A stretch of 24,000 bases of DNA from Spartinivicinus marinus (lineage in GTDB: Bacteria > Pseudomonadota > Gammaproteobacteria > Pseudomonadales > Zooshikellaceae), in NCBI RefSeq assembly GCF_026309355.1, contig NZ_JAPJZK010000002.1, positions 93,485-117,484 of the forward strand, given 5' to 3'. Made by a program: the position numbers and the translations under genes. The notes beneath the pieces were generated by a model. It was not told the DNA's origin, made no database searches, and saw only the letters and a program-made list of their open reading frames with translations. Shown piece by piece: positions 1 through 9,755 of the stretch; within the stretch, counting starts at the first letter, position 1, and the number at the start of each line of letters is the position of its first letter.

Positions 1-2244
1 TAATGACATGTACGCCACCGTCAGCTGATCCTGGTAATCTTCCTTAGCCAACGTGCCTACCTCAAATATTGTCACATCCGCTTCAGGCCAATTTTCACCT
101 GGTCGATTAAAAAAGCGGCCCGCCATGCCTGTACAAAATATCTGTATAGCATTGGACATATCCTCGGCACGCTCTCTTAATTTTTCTGATGTTTCAGGGT
201 CTCTAGAACGTATCAGCAGTTCATTCGCCACATCCTCAGTCAACACTTGTTGCTGAACAGGGGTTGGTTTTTTACCTTCTCGTTCCAGTTGTTTGAGGGC
301 TTCCCATTTCCTTTTTGATGCATCAATAATGGCATTACGGATGATCATGCGATCCGCACGGGTCATTCTTTCTTCTTCTTTAAGGTCACCACCCGTAATC
401 ATTACCCTGGCAGCCAACTCCATTTCACCTAAATAATCTGGCTGTTCGGAATCATCATCTGCATCCTGAAATGCTTCAATCTCTTTATCCATCTCTTCAA
501 ATGGATCTTTATAATCTAATTCTTCTGACTTTCTATTTTCTTCCTCAATGGCCAGCATTTTAAAGGCATCGGCAAAGGGCGGTAATGACACATCAGATTG
601 CGGCGTCACTTTAATCGTATGAACTGTCAGCCCTAATTCCCTAAAATGTTCACCCAACAGTTTGAATGAGCCACCCTTTTCAATGATGAACAGTCGAGGC
701 CGATAAACAGCCATCATATGCCGTACCTTAGTCACCAGACTGGCTGATTTACCCGAACCTGGCGGTCCGACAAAAAAACCAAAGGCATTGTTGGTTCGAT
801 CCTCTTTGTTTAGGGGATCAACAAATAACGGCTCTGCTCCTCGATTAAAAAACGGCAACCCAGGATTACCCGTGCCTCTTGAACGGCCATAAAAAGGAAT
901 AATTCTGGCTAAATGAGAGACAAACATTAAACGCTCTAATCGAGCGGCTTTATCACGATGGTGCTCGTAATTCATCGGCAAGTGGCGTATATACGTATTA
1001 ATCGATAACTGCTGATTGCGCTCAGCAACCGGGTGAAACCCTTGTGAATGCAAAATGGCATTGGTGTCGTTAATTTTTATACGCAGATCCGATGGGTTTT
1101 TGCCTTTAACCAATACTGTCATGACGGTGGGGTAAAGCTTATCCCCATGCGCCATTAATTCTGAAGCCCTTTTCGCATCACTTTCGGCTAACTCCGCTTC
1201 AGCACCGCCACCTTTTGCTGAGTTTTCGATTTTTTTAACATGGTTTAATATGTCATCTTGGGGTTTGATCACAATGGTCATGATAAAAATGGTGTTCGAT
1301 GGCAATTGATCAAAAGGCGCTAGCAACTTATCCCCGATACGCCGTTCAGCGGTTAGGTGGCCTATGTCGGGTATCCGTTTGAGTGTGTCTATGGTGATGG
1401 CTTTATGCAGGTGGTTATCAAATACCAGACAATCGTTCTTTGTCTCAGGCTGTTTCAGTAACAACATTGCGCTGAAATCCAGGCCAATCGGCATTTCCTC
1501 GTCACCGGGATACGGTACCATTTCGACTAGTTTATCGAGGTCTTCTCCGGCCAACTCTGAGTTGGGATTAAACCAACGTAGCAGCCAGGTATAATAATCA
1601 ATCCCACCGCATTGCCGTAATGTAATGCCAGCCGAACGCGCTTGACTCTTCAAACGATCAAGCATTTCATTCAATTCTTCAACAGGATTATGCTCAGGCG
1701 CTTGATTACGCTGGCGACGATAGATGAATAACCGTGTTCTGCGAATTTTCCCAAACCAAGGGGTACCAGATACCGCCTCATCCAAGAAATAGCCTTTGGG
1801 ATTACAAACCCGACGGTAATGTGCAGCAAAGTCTTTTAGATAGTTTTGGGTATACTCTGTGTTACGAATATGCTCTGGAATATAGGCTTCAACCCCTTTG
1901 ATCACATCAGTAAAGCTATTATCATCTTGCGTATAACTCTGGACTATCCACGGATTATCCTCTTCAGGAATACAACTCAGAAATATCCGAATATTGTCCT
2001 CTGTGTCTTTAAAAAACTTTTCATTCTTCGCTTCTGTAGAAATAGCCGTCACTTCCAGCATCGCGGCGACAGAGATACCATCCTCTAATAAAAACAATTT
2101 ATGTTTAGAACCAAATTCTACCACGGGTAGATGATTGGCAAACGGTTCTGGCCGTTTATACAGTTCATCGACCTGCTTATTCGTCAGCGTATTAAATGAC
2201 TCGTGTGCTGTTTTTTTTCCGAATATTTGTTTAAATATCGACAT
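1..2244 (-). CDS. traC: Conjugative transfer ATPase, TraC/VirB4-like (PFL_4706-type), C-terminus beyond left edge
   Basis: Absent from the ORF track because it has no stop in the window. Manual minus-strand translation from the ATG at 2244-2242 gives an uninterrupted 748-codon frame (MSIFKQIFGKKTAHESFNTLTNKQVDELYKRPEPF...). Walker A FFVGPPGSGKSAS is encoded at about 745-770. It is the last gene of the conserved T4SS order. Confidence 0.9.
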   Translation of the reverse strand, partial: MSIFKQIFGKKTAHESFNTLTNKQVDELYKRPEPFANHLPVVEFGSKHKLFLLEDGISVAAMLEVTAISTEAKNEKFFKDTEDNIRIFLSCIPEEDNPWIVQSYTQDDNSFTDVIKGVEAYIPEHIRNTEYTQNYLKDFAAHYRRVCNPKGYFLDEAVSGTPWFGKIRRTRLFIYRRQRNQAPEHNPVEELNEMLDRLKSQARSAGITLRQCGGIDYYTWLLRWFNPNSELAGEDLDKLVEMVPYPGDEEMPIGLDFSAMLLLKQPETKNDCLVFDNHLHKAITIDTLKRIPDIGHLTAERRIGDKLLAPFDQLPSNTIFIMTIVIKPQDDILNHVKKIENSAKGGGAEAELAESDAKRASELMAHGDKLYPTVMTVLVKGKNPSDLRIKINDTNAILHSQGFHPVAERNQQLSINTYIRHLPMNYEHHRDKAARLERLMFVSHLARIIPFYGRSRGTGNPGLPFFNRGAEPLFVDPLNKEDRTNNAFGFFVGPPGSGKSASLVTKVRHMMAVYRPRLFIIEKGGSFKLLGEHFRELGLTVHTIKVTPQSDVSLPPFADAFKMLAIEEENRKSEELDYKDPFEEMDKEIEAFQDADDDSEQPDYLGEMELAARVMITGGDLKEEERMTRADRMIIRNAIIDASKRKWEALKQLEREGKKPTPVQQQVLTEDVANELLIRSRDPETSEKLRERAEDMSNAIQIFCTGMAGRFFNRPGENWPEADVTIFEVGTLAKEDYQDQLTVAYMSL

Positions 2245-2352
2245 AATTATTTTTCACAATTAATGATGTGTTAACGAGATTTTGGAGAGACGCTAACCTG
2301 TCGCAGGTACACCAGCGTGACGCCTGGGGAAGGCGTCGGAAATGAAGTCAGT

Positions 2353-2733
2353 TTATTCCCACCCCACAATCTCACCGGGTAGCGCATAATGATTTTTTTC
2401 ATATAAATCAAATGCCGTGGTATAGGCCGGTACTGCTGTCCCATTGCGTGTAATATGCGGAAATACATGCATAATTAATTCAGGGTTTGGTAGCTTTGGA
2501 AACGCTTTTTTATGTTTATGGAGTTTGGCATTGACATGCACCGAATTATCTCGAATATCTCTGGCAATTTGATGACGAATAGCTAACCCATCACCATATG
2601 CCTTGTTTTGATATACCTCCTTCATCGATTTCATGTCATCACCAAAAATATCTTCACTCGTGGTAACACAGCCTTGTAATACGACAACTGCACTAATCAA
2701 GGCCAATTTCACTAGCAGTGGCTGTCTGATCAT
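2353..2733 (-). CDS. Conjugal transfer region lipoprotein (TIGR03751-like by position)
   Basis: The ORF-track frame is 2353..2814. The preferred start is the ATG at 2733, preceded by AGGAAGG 6 nt upstream, giving MIRQPLLVKLALISAVVVLQGC with lipobox LQGC. It overlaps the 3' end of the upstream gene by 41 nt. Confidence 0.75.
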   Translation of the reverse strand: MIRQPLLVKLALISAVVVLQGCVTTSEDIFGDDMKSMKEVYQNKAYGDGLAIRHQIARDIRDNSVHVNAKLHKHKKAFPKLPNPELIMHVFPHITRNGTAVPAYTTAFDLYEKNHYALPGEIVGWE

Positions 2734-4048
2734 AGAAAACCTTCCTACCTTCTTTGTCATAATCAATTTCAATGGCATCTTCGACATGCACAATGACCTC
2801 TTTACCAGGTTCAACGGCCACTACATCAAATGACTTCTGTTGCCGTTCCAATAACCATTTGCTGACTTCACTGGTGGAGCTGCTGATAGCACTCCCCAGC
2901 GCATATTGATTGACGTTGCCTGACACGGTGGTACTGGTATTACCAAATGGCCCCGAGTTTTGTGTTGTTTGCTTGGCTTTATAGGCTTCACCAGCTGCCT
3001 GAAATGCTGCTAATGCCACCCGCTGAGAGATAAATGCCCCAGCATTGGTCTTCAATTTTCCTGCAATACACGGAACACCGCGCTTATCACTGATATAGCC
3101 AATGGGACTCTTGTTCTTAGCATCCTTAGTGACAATACGGCCATCCTGGAACACAAACGTCGCGGACGTGAGTCGTACACTCACACATTTTAGGTTCCAG
3201 TCACCCACGGCATGGCCTGACCAAATCATGCCTTGCAGACCCGGTATACGAATCCCATTGGCTGCCAGGTTGTCATTCCCCATCAACAGTTTGACAGGGT
3301 AAGGGTCTTGGGTTTGCCCATTAACCGGGATTCGGCCAATTAAGGCTGTCATCGCGGTTGCATCAAATAGCGTGGAGTTTTTCGGAATGGTGTATACCGG
3401 CACGACGGTTTTTTCTTCAGCGTTTTTTTCCTTTTTGCTGGATGAAAACGAATATTTTTTATTTAAAAACCGCTTTTGATCCGCCACGTTTCCTTTTTCA
3501 TCCAAGGGCGTTACATCAATGGGCTCAACCCAGTAGCCGCTCCCTGTCGCATCTGATTTCAGTTGACTACCATACTGATTCATATTTTCTTGGACCTGAT
3601 CAAACCCAAAATTGGCGGGGAGGCCATTTTTACCTATTTCAGACTTGGTATTGTCTAGGTCAGTATTAATATGGCTTAGCTGATTTTTTAATTGTTTGTT
3701 CTCACGGCGAAGTCGTTCCACTTCTTTTTGGTTTTTTTGCTGCACCACTCTCGCCTCTTTTTCAATCGAGTCCATCCGCTTGGAATAATTATGTAGCGTG
3801 GATTTGAGTGATTTATTATCATCGATCACCCGATTCATCGCTTCGTTGTTCTGTTCTGTTTCCGCTGTCAGTTGTCGTATTGTGTCAATGGTGCTATCAG
3901 CATCGGGTTCCCTTTTCGGTTTTGCCGCCCCTGACTCACCTTTGTGGACGGTAATTGCATCCCCTTTGTTGATAAAAACGACAACTGCCATTAATAATCC
4001 AACAGCGCCCAACCCGATGAGTAATTTATTCGCTTTTAATGCAGCCAT
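2693..4048 (-). CDS. ICE T4SS protein with N-terminal TM anchor and coiled coil (TIGR03752 / PFL_4705-like; VirB10-analogue position)
   Basis: 451 aa. N-terminal TM segment LLIGLGAVGLLMAVVVFI. Heptad-rich region (EKEARVVQQKNQKEVERLRRENKQLKNQL). 1-nt overlap with the upstream gene. Assigned by synteny. Confidence 0.75.
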   Translation of the reverse strand: MAALKANKLLIGLGAVGLLMAVVVFINKGDAITVHKGESGAAKPKREPDADSTIDTIRQLTAETEQNNEAMNRVIDDNKSLKSTLHNYSKRMDSIEKEARVVQQKNQKEVERLRRENKQLKNQLSHINTDLDNTKSEIGKNGLPANFGFDQVQENMNQYGSQLKSDATGSGYWVEPIDVTPLDEKGNVADQKRFLNKKYSFSSSKKEKNAEEKTVVPVYTIPKNSTLFDATAMTALIGRIPVNGQTQDPYPVKLLMGNDNLAANGIRIPGLQGMIWSGHAVGDWNLKCVSVRLTSATFVFQDGRIVTKDAKNKSPIGYISDKRGVPCIAGKLKTNAGAFISQRVALAAFQAAGEAYKAKQTTQNSGPFGNTSTTVSGNVNQYALGSAISSSTSEVSKWLLERQQKSFDVVAVEPGKEVIVHVEDAIEIDYDKEGRKVFYDQTATASEIGLD

Positions 4049-4830
4049 TAGAAATTTACCCCGCTGTACTCATGCTGTGAAATGACATACAACGTTGTTG
4101 TATCTCTCATGTCACCACGGGGGTATAACTGAAAATGTTGTAGTGTGGCCGCCAGCCATTGACCCCGAATTACATTAAAATCCAGATCAATCACTTGGTT
4201 TGATTGACTCTGCAACTTGATTGCCGTGACATAAAAGTTGCCACCCGACCAGGCTGCAATCGGGGTGGCTTTAACCCGCTCACCACGAATGATCGAGACA
4301 GGCGCTTTATTCACTGGCATACGCTGTATCGCGGGATCACTGGGCATTAACCGCTCAGGCGCATACAGGGCTTGGGAGGCATGACGTGTTAGCCGTACAT
4401 ACCAATCGACTTTCTTTTTCTGACTCAGCTTTGTTTGTTTTTCAATCGACTCTTTGGCTTCTTTTTCTACCACTTCAGGCGTCACGACTTGAATATCGCG
4501 CTGCCTGACGGCTTTTTTAGCCACCGCCGATAAATCCAATAAATAAATTTTATCTGTCTCAAGTTCATGTACACGAAAGCGGGTTTCTGAAAATGTTGCA
4601 GTAGCCGTGATATATAACACCCCATCCGCAATAGTGTGTTTAACCTTCCCGCGCAGATCATTGGGGAACCACACTTTTATTTTTTCAGGAAAACTTAATA
4701 ATTTTTCTTTTCCGACTGCCAATGTCACTTTGATGGGTTTTTTATCCCAAATCACCCGCATGGTTTCTGCTGCATTGACCTGCCAATTGACCGCCAATAG
4801 GAGAAGACACACTGCTAGCCGTTTATTCAT
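4048..4830 (-). CDS. ICE T4SS periplasmic protein with signal peptide (TIGR03749 / PFL_4704-like)
   Basis: 260 aa. Signal peptide MNKRLAVCLLLLAVNWQVNA. 4-nt overlap with the upstream gene. Assigned by synteny. Confidence 0.75.
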   Translation of the reverse strand: MNKRLAVCLLLLAVNWQVNAAETMRVIWDKKPIKVTLAVGKEKLLSFPEKIKVWFPNDLRGKVKHTIADGVLYITATATFSETRFRVHELETDKIYLLDLSAVAKKAVRQRDIQVVTPEVVEKEAKESIEKQTKLSQKKKVDWYVRLTRHASQALYAPERLMPSDPAIQRMPVNKAPVSIIRGERVKATPIAAWSGGNFYVTAIKLQSQSNQVIDLDFNVIRGQWLAATLQHFQLYPRGDMRDTTTLYVISQHEYSGVNF

Positions 4831-5474
4831 GATTTCCTCCGAAATGGCTGCTTTCTTTCGTCTTTTTTCAATTGTCTGGGGGCATCATGGAAGCAATCAA
4901 TCGCCAATTGCCAGGGGTTTTTAGCCACATCAATTTTGTATTTCACTACTTTGAGTGGGTATTGCACATAAATATGTTTTATCCGTTTGCCGTTGACTAA
5001 CTCTGTCACTTCAAAATCAATCCAGGTTTTCCACGTTGTCGAACTCACCTGTTGAACTCTTGCCGATTGATAGCCCCGCCCCTCGATTTCGGTAATAATC
5101 CGTTCACGCCCTTTCAGTTCTCCCCGCAGGGATTTACGGTTCATGTCTGCTTTTAATTTCTTTCTGCATTCTGGCGTAAAATAGCCCTGAAACCGATATA
5201 TATTGCTGCTATAGTCTTTTGCGCCATCGTTGGGCCAATGGTGAAGCTTTTGAAACAAACCATACGCAAAGTCATAAATATTGGGCTTGTAATTTTTACC
5301 GACCTGCAACACCCCACCCTCTCGAATATTAGGGGGTACGCTGAGTTTCTGGGTTTTTTCCGCTTCTGTGTAGCTGTAATACAGGACACCACAAGCCCCC
5401 ATTAAGAAGGCAATGACCACAAACTGTATTGTTGTTAATTTTTGATACCCACTGAGTGTGTCACGGTATTTCAT
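4827..5474 (-). CDS. ICE T4SS bitopic membrane protein (TIGR03746 / PFL_4703-like; VirB8-analogue position)
   Basis: 215 aa. Single N-terminal TM segment (TTIQFVVIAFLMGACGVLYY). Assigned by synteny. Confidence 0.7.
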   Translation of the reverse strand: MKYRDTLSGYQKLTTIQFVVIAFLMGACGVLYYSYTEAEKTQKLSVPPNIREGGVLQVGKNYKPNIYDFAYGLFQKLHHWPNDGAKDYSSNIYRFQGYFTPECRKKLKADMNRKSLRGELKGRERIITEIEGRGYQSARVQQVSSTTWKTWIDFEVTELVNGKRIKHIYVQYPLKVVKYKIDVAKNPWQLAIDCFHDAPRQLKKDERKQPFRRKS

Positions 5475-5476
5475 TG

Positions 5477-5845
5477 CTATTGCCTTCTGCCGGTGTCATA
5501 CGTTTTCTCTTCAAGCACAAAAATTTTTCGTTTAAACCCTGTTTTCTGTAGAAAAACATCAATCTTGATTTGTAAATATCCAACCGGGCGATTTCGTTTT
5601 ACTTTTTGTAATGTGCGCGCAAACAACGCCACGAATAAAATTGCAAATGGAATTGAACAACCGATACCACTGATAGCTGAGTCTAAAAATTTATAGGTCA
5701 GGGGAACACAAACAAACAATCCCGTTACAATCCCTATGCCACCCAGCATAAATATTTCTGAATAACACAAGCCTTTCAAGACCAACGGTTCTTCGTTTAA
5801 GCGCTGGGGAACTAAGTCCCCTACCTCCCGTTCCCCACTACTCAT
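5477..5845 (-). CDS. Conjugative transfer region small membrane protein (TIGR03750-like)
   Basis: 122 aa. Two hydrophobic segments (IFMLGGIGIVTGLFVCV and IGCSIPFAILFVALF). 2-3 nt gaps to neighbouring genes. Confidence 0.7.
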   Translation of the reverse strand: MSSGEREVGDLVPQRLNEEPLVLKGLCYSEIFMLGGIGIVTGLFVCVPLTYKFLDSAISGIGCSIPFAILFVALFARTLQKVKRNRPVGYLQIKIDVFLQKTGFKRKIFVLEEKTYDTGRRQ

Positions 5846-5848
5846 GCT

Positions 5849-6229
5849 TTAGGCCGCCGGTCCGGTTGTCAGTACACCTTGACCCAGGTTTACTAATAAC
5901 ACCCCGACAGCCATCACTAAGCCAGTCACAACAGCCGTTACCATGAAACCACCCCAATCTCGATTAGGGCTATTTACCGTTTCGTATAAGCTTTTAATTA
6001 ATACATAGGCACCAACCAAAAACATAGCCGCCCCGATAAAAAGAAACATTATGTCAAAGGCATCTTTACCGTAATTTCCAAAGGTTTGAACGTAGTTATC
6101 ACCATCTCCATCGCTCGGTTCACCGGCGTCTGGAATGTCAGCTATCGCTCTGGAGGTATTAAATAATACAAGTCCGGAAATGATGGGAATATTGGCTTTT
6201 TCCCACAGGTTGGGAACGATTTTTTTCAT
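5849..6229 (-). CDS. ICE membrane protein (TIGR03745 / PFL_4702-like; possible pilin-like subunit)
   Basis: 126 aa. Signal-like N-terminus ending AIA, then two hydrophobic helices (MFLFIGAAMFLVGAYVLI and FMVTAVVTGLVMAVGVLLV). Confidence 0.7.
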   Translation of the reverse strand: MKKIVPNLWEKANIPIISGLVLFNTSRAIADIPDAGEPSDGDGDNYVQTFGNYGKDAFDIMFLFIGAAMFLVGAYVLIKSLYETVNSPNRDWGGFMVTAVVTGLVMAVGVLLVNLGQGVLTTGPAA

Positions 6230-6238
6230 GTTTTTTCC

Positions 6239-6544
6239 TTATGATGCTAAGACTAAAATCAGTGTGACAATGAATGAAACTCTGCATAATGCGATGCCAA
6301 TATCACCCCATTTTGATTCTCCCGCGGATATTGTTTTTAATAATGCCATGCAAGCATAGCCACCCCATGCGAGAATTAATGCGGCCAGTAACGAGGTAAA
6401 AAGCCATTCAAATGCACTCATGTCAGCCCCGGTGGCAGCTGAAAATGCAGCTTCTTGAGAGGCAACGATTTCACCAACATCTTTGCCCTTAATGCTCACG
6501 CCGTCTAATGCACTACTGGCGGCTGCAACCCACGTAATTAACAT
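6239..6544 (-). CDS. ICE small membrane protein (TIGR03758 / PFL_4701-like)
   Basis: 101 aa, hydrophobic throughout. 1-nt overlap with the RAQPRD gene upstream. Confidence 0.65.
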   Translation of the reverse strand: MLITWVAAASSALDGVSIKGKDVGEIVASQEAAFSAATGADMSAFEWLFTSLLAALILAWGGYACMALLKTISAGESKWGDIGIALCRVSFIVTLILVLAS

Positions 6545-6834
6545 TAATAACCACCCTTAACGGGTTCAATATCACCTAGCTGGCGTGGTTCACGTAGTGG
6601 CCTATTTAAATACCGAGAAATTCCCCCTTTAATTTTGGCTATATCATTTTTCAAGGCTTGATAATCAAATCTAAAACGTGCCTCTTTTGAGGATAAGCGT
6701 TGCGCTTCTTTTATTTTGCTCTCAAGAAAAACCAGCTCTTTTTCTAGCGTACTTAATAATGCTCGCTCTTGGGCGCTGTCGGCGTAGGCAATAAAAGGCA
6801 CCGCTAATAATAGAATTAGCAAATAATTTCGCAT
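6544..6834 (-). CDS. RAQPRD-family integrating conjugative element protein
   Basis: 96 aa. Signal peptide MRNYLLILLLAVPFIAYA. C-terminal variant of the family signature (REPRQLGDIEP). First gene after the 89-bp gap that carries the conserved box. Confidence 0.75.
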   Translation of the reverse strand: MRNYLLILLLAVPFIAYADSAQERALLSTLEKELVFLESKIKEAQRLSSKEARFRFDYQALKNDIAKIKGGISRYLNRPLREPRQLGDIEPVKGGY

Positions 6835-6884
6835 GAATTTTTTCTCCTTCGGTCACTTAATTATCAGGACTGATAATATGAATG

Positions 6885-6925
6885 TCCATAGCGTTATCTT
6901 TCATTTTTCAATGCCGAATTCTTTT
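6885..6925 (-). promoter_or_regulatory. Conserved box upstream of the RAQPRD-to-traC operon (partner 13073..13113)
   Basis: gttatctttcatttttcaatgccgaattctttt (6893-6925) matches 13081-13113 with 1 mismatch in 33 nt. A looser match extends 8 nt further. It lies 58 nt upstream of the ATG at 6834. Confidence 0.7.
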
Positions 6926-7691
6926 AGAGATATTTCTTCATTTTCTCAAAGAGTTTGCGAACCACTAACCCCAGTGAAATCGCAAAAGGTACGAATATAA
7001 AGAAAGGGCTTACTGTCACCGGCAAGCTTAAATACAGCATTGTAAAAATAAAAATGACAGGCTTAAAGAATGATTTGGCAAAGCTGAACACCATACTGGA
7101 TTCACGGCCACCGCCCCATTTTCTGAGGTCTCGCTCAACAATGCCGTCAGTCATTCCAATCAATATGGCTAATAACACGGCGGGTATAGATAGGGTTAAT
7201 ATTAATAATCTAACAACAAATAATTGCGTGGATGAAAGCGCCGACTCAATATACGTTTGCCCTGTTGACGAGGCTGATTGTAAATTCACTTCACCGAACA
7301 GTGAAGCATCGCTCGCGTACTCATTGTATAGTGACTCAATATTGCCAAACAATTGATGACGCTGACTGAGTAAACCTTGCAAGCCACTCTCGATCACCAC
7401 CACCTGATAAATAGCCGATGCTTGGTGCATGACAAACCCTTTGGTATCCCCAAAAAATGGGTGTTGACCAATGGTGTCTTCTAAATAATTTAATTCGGCT
7501 ATTACCATTCCTTGCGCATGGTGCGGTTCGTTTGGCCACCAAAAAGCCATGCCAATCCACTCAATAATAATATTGATGAATAACGAACCCAATAAGGTGA
7601 GAAAAAGATAAAAAATAAAACTAATGGTTGAGCCAACCATGCCTTTGCGTTTTTTATCATAATCTTTGACATCCTGTTGTTCACTTGCCAT
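6924..7691 (-). CDS. ICE integral membrane protein (TIGR03747 / PFL_4697-like)
   Basis: 255 aa with several TM segments. The start abuts the traD stop (TAA at 7692-7694, ATG at 7691-7689). Confidence 0.7.
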   Translation of the reverse strand: MASEQQDVKDYDKKRKGMVGSTISFIFYLFLTLLGSLFINIIIEWIGMAFWWPNEPHHAQGMVIAELNYLEDTIGQHPFFGDTKGFVMHQASAIYQVVVIESGLQGLLSQRHQLFGNIESLYNEYASDASLFGEVNLQSASSTGQTYIESALSSTQLFVVRLLILTLSIPAVLLAILIGMTDGIVERDLRKWGGGRESSMVFSFAKSFFKPVIFIFTMLYLSLPVTVSPFFIFVPFAISLGLVVRKLFEKMKKYL

Positions 7692-9755
7692 TTATGCCGT
7701 CCTCACTGCGCCCCAATCTACGTTAGATTGGTAAGTTTTCTTCATGGCATCCATCAAATCCATTAAATTGGGTGGCATTGCTTCGCTGTCTTTTTTACTC
7801 GCCAATGGCATCCGGATTTTGTATAACTGGCTGCCATTGAGTAGCGCAAAGGCTTGGCCCTTCGGCAATGCATTAATATCGGCGGGCGTTAACATCGGGA
7901 CTTTTTCCGCACTGATCCGGTCTTGGTTATTACTGGTAAAACTGAATTCACCTGTCGCGGTATCATTGACGCCACTGACCGTCATCAAGCTTTTGACTTT
8001 GACGGTGGGTAACTTTTCAGTGATCACTTCAGCTGTCTGTGTGTCAGTTACCCGGAACATAATAATCGTGCCAATATTGCCAGCGATTTGCCCGGCTTTG
8101 AATTGATCCCCTAAACTGGCGGCAATATCATTCCATGTTTGGGTATACAACGTTAATTGATAACCGGCCCCACCAGACTTATTGACCAACGTAATAAATT
8201 TTGGTCCCAGTAAGTCACTGAACTCATCCCCATGAATAGAAATACTCGGCACTTCGCCTTTTTTCTTTTTATTTTTGAGGCCAGAATTATAGCCGTTTTT
8301 ATAAAAATACCCGGCGAGTGAGGTTAGATCACTGAACATCGACTCACCTACAACATTGGCTACCTCTGGGTCAGTTAAGGCATCCAGCCCGACATAGGCA
8401 ATCCCTCGCCGTTTAACCAGCTCTTCCCAATCCAGTATGTCGCGCTTATCGTGTTCATCGGTATAATTTGGCGCAATTAAGGGGGCAATCGTGCCTGTCG
8501 TGAGCTTTTCTAAAAAGGGTCCCAGCGCCACTGACAACTTATCAAAATAGGTTTTTTCCATTTTGAAGGCGAATATTAATCCTTCCAGGGTTGGGTCAAA
8601 AATATTATGTTGTTTAACAAAATTGACGATTGCAATTGCTCGGTCATTACGCCCCTTGAATTCGTCTTTATCTTTGTTGGTTAATTTTTGTTGTATCTCA
8701 CTCACCAAGCCTTCCCATTGATCACCAAACGCCTTGTGCTCAGATAAATACTTCTCACCATACTCAATCAGTAGTGGATCAATATCCCGAATATAACGCC
8801 GAATACTGGTATAGTTAGGCCGTTGGCCCAAGTCAGTTACGGCCACCGCAATGATATTCACAAACTGCCAGCCGAATTCCTTAAAAGCCGCTGAATTACC
8901 CCCACCGGGTAATTGGTTGGCAATCCGTGAAGCCACTTCGGTAATTCGCGAAAATGAACCCACCGCGTTATAGCGGCACGATAGTTCAGGATGCCCCAAA
9001 TGAAATACATAAAACTGATCTAAGCGACCCGCGCGCTTGGCTTCTAAATACATGCGCTTCAGTAAATCGGCATCGCCTTTAGGATCAAGGACAATCACCA
9101 CATCCCCACGATGAATATCTTGTGTAATCAACACTTCCGCACAACGCGTTTTACCCACCCGTGTTTTACCTGGCACAATGGTATGGCCGGTTCGCTCGCT
9201 GAGACTCATCATCACATCGGTTTCTTCTAAAGCACCGACACCGTGTAATGCCGGTTCACCACCAATGTCGGGTAAGGGTTTAAATGGATTGAATGGATGA
9301 CGTGATCGCAATAATTCAGCTAAGGGTTTTACGTGTTTTTTTTGTTCCCACTTTATTTCTTTTCTTCTGGCCCATTCGTAAGTCGCACTGGGTTTGGTGT
9401 AATCGGCATTATCAGTGTCTCTGACTTCATACATACGTTGGGTGTGCTTTTCTTGCCAGCGAAACCCTTTGCCTAAAAATAATTGGTAATTGCTGACGGG
9501 AATATCGCCCCCCGATATTTCCCAATACGGCACTTTCTGTAAGCCTTTCTGGTATCTCACAATCTGATAGCCTTGCCTCGCGCGATGTAAGGCCCATAGC
9601 GAGGTTGCCGAACCTAACCCATAGGCAACTTGGGTTGGCACCATAAATAAGGCAGGAGACGCCAGTAACACCGCTGATGAACACGCCGTGGTCAATGCTG
9701 AATATAACTCGACAGGGGGCCTCAACAACGTTTCAACCGTGTATTTATTGCTCAT
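7692..9755 (-). CDS. traD: Type IV coupling protein, TraD/VirD4 family (PFGI-1-class TraD)
   Basis: 687 aa. N-terminal TM segments. Walker A PGKTRVGKT. Walker-B-like VVIVLDPKGD. ATGA overlap with the upstream gene at 9752-9755. Confidence 0.9.
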   Translation of the reverse strand: MSNKYTVETLLRPPVELYSALTTACSSAVLLASPALFMVPTQVAYGLGSATSLWALHRARQGYQIVRYQKGLQKVPYWEISGGDIPVSNYQLFLGKGFRWQEKHTQRMYEVRDTDNADYTKPSATYEWARRKEIKWEQKKHVKPLAELLRSRHPFNPFKPLPDIGGEPALHGVGALEETDVMMSLSERTGHTIVPGKTRVGKTRCAEVLITQDIHRGDVVIVLDPKGDADLLKRMYLEAKRAGRLDQFYVFHLGHPELSCRYNAVGSFSRITEVASRIANQLPGGGNSAAFKEFGWQFVNIIAVAVTDLGQRPNYTSIRRYIRDIDPLLIEYGEKYLSEHKAFGDQWEGLVSEIQQKLTNKDKDEFKGRNDRAIAIVNFVKQHNIFDPTLEGLIFAFKMEKTYFDKLSVALGPFLEKLTTGTIAPLIAPNYTDEHDKRDILDWEELVKRRGIAYVGLDALTDPEVANVVGESMFSDLTSLAGYFYKNGYNSGLKNKKKKGEVPSISIHGDEFSDLLGPKFITLVNKSGGAGYQLTLYTQTWNDIAASLGDQFKAGQIAGNIGTIIMFRVTDTQTAEVITEKLPTVKVKSLMTVSGVNDTATGEFSFTSNNQDRISAEKVPMLTPADINALPKGQAFALLNGSQLYKIRMPLASKKDSEAMPPNLMDLMDAMKKTYQSNVDWGAVRTA

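Noticed and set aside
793-802. tRNA T-arm-like GGTTCGATCC
   Set aside because: - It lies inside the uninterrupted traC reading frame.
- No acceptor or anticodon stems can be built around it.
2319-2337. GACGCC-N7-GGCGTC hairpin between the lipoprotein gene and traC, considered as a terminator
   Set aside because: - No U-tract follows on the minus strand.
- It sits inside an operon, so it is more likely an mRNA stability or processing element. It is not reported as a terminator.
2271-2468. 65-aa minus-strand ORF, and other nested minus-strand ORFs (5153..5392, 7336..7560, 7502..7684, 9427..9684, 10679..10876, 13526..13732, 16063..16269)
   Set aside because: - Each is out of frame within, or overlapping, a better-supported gene on the same strand.
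- None has a supporting signal.
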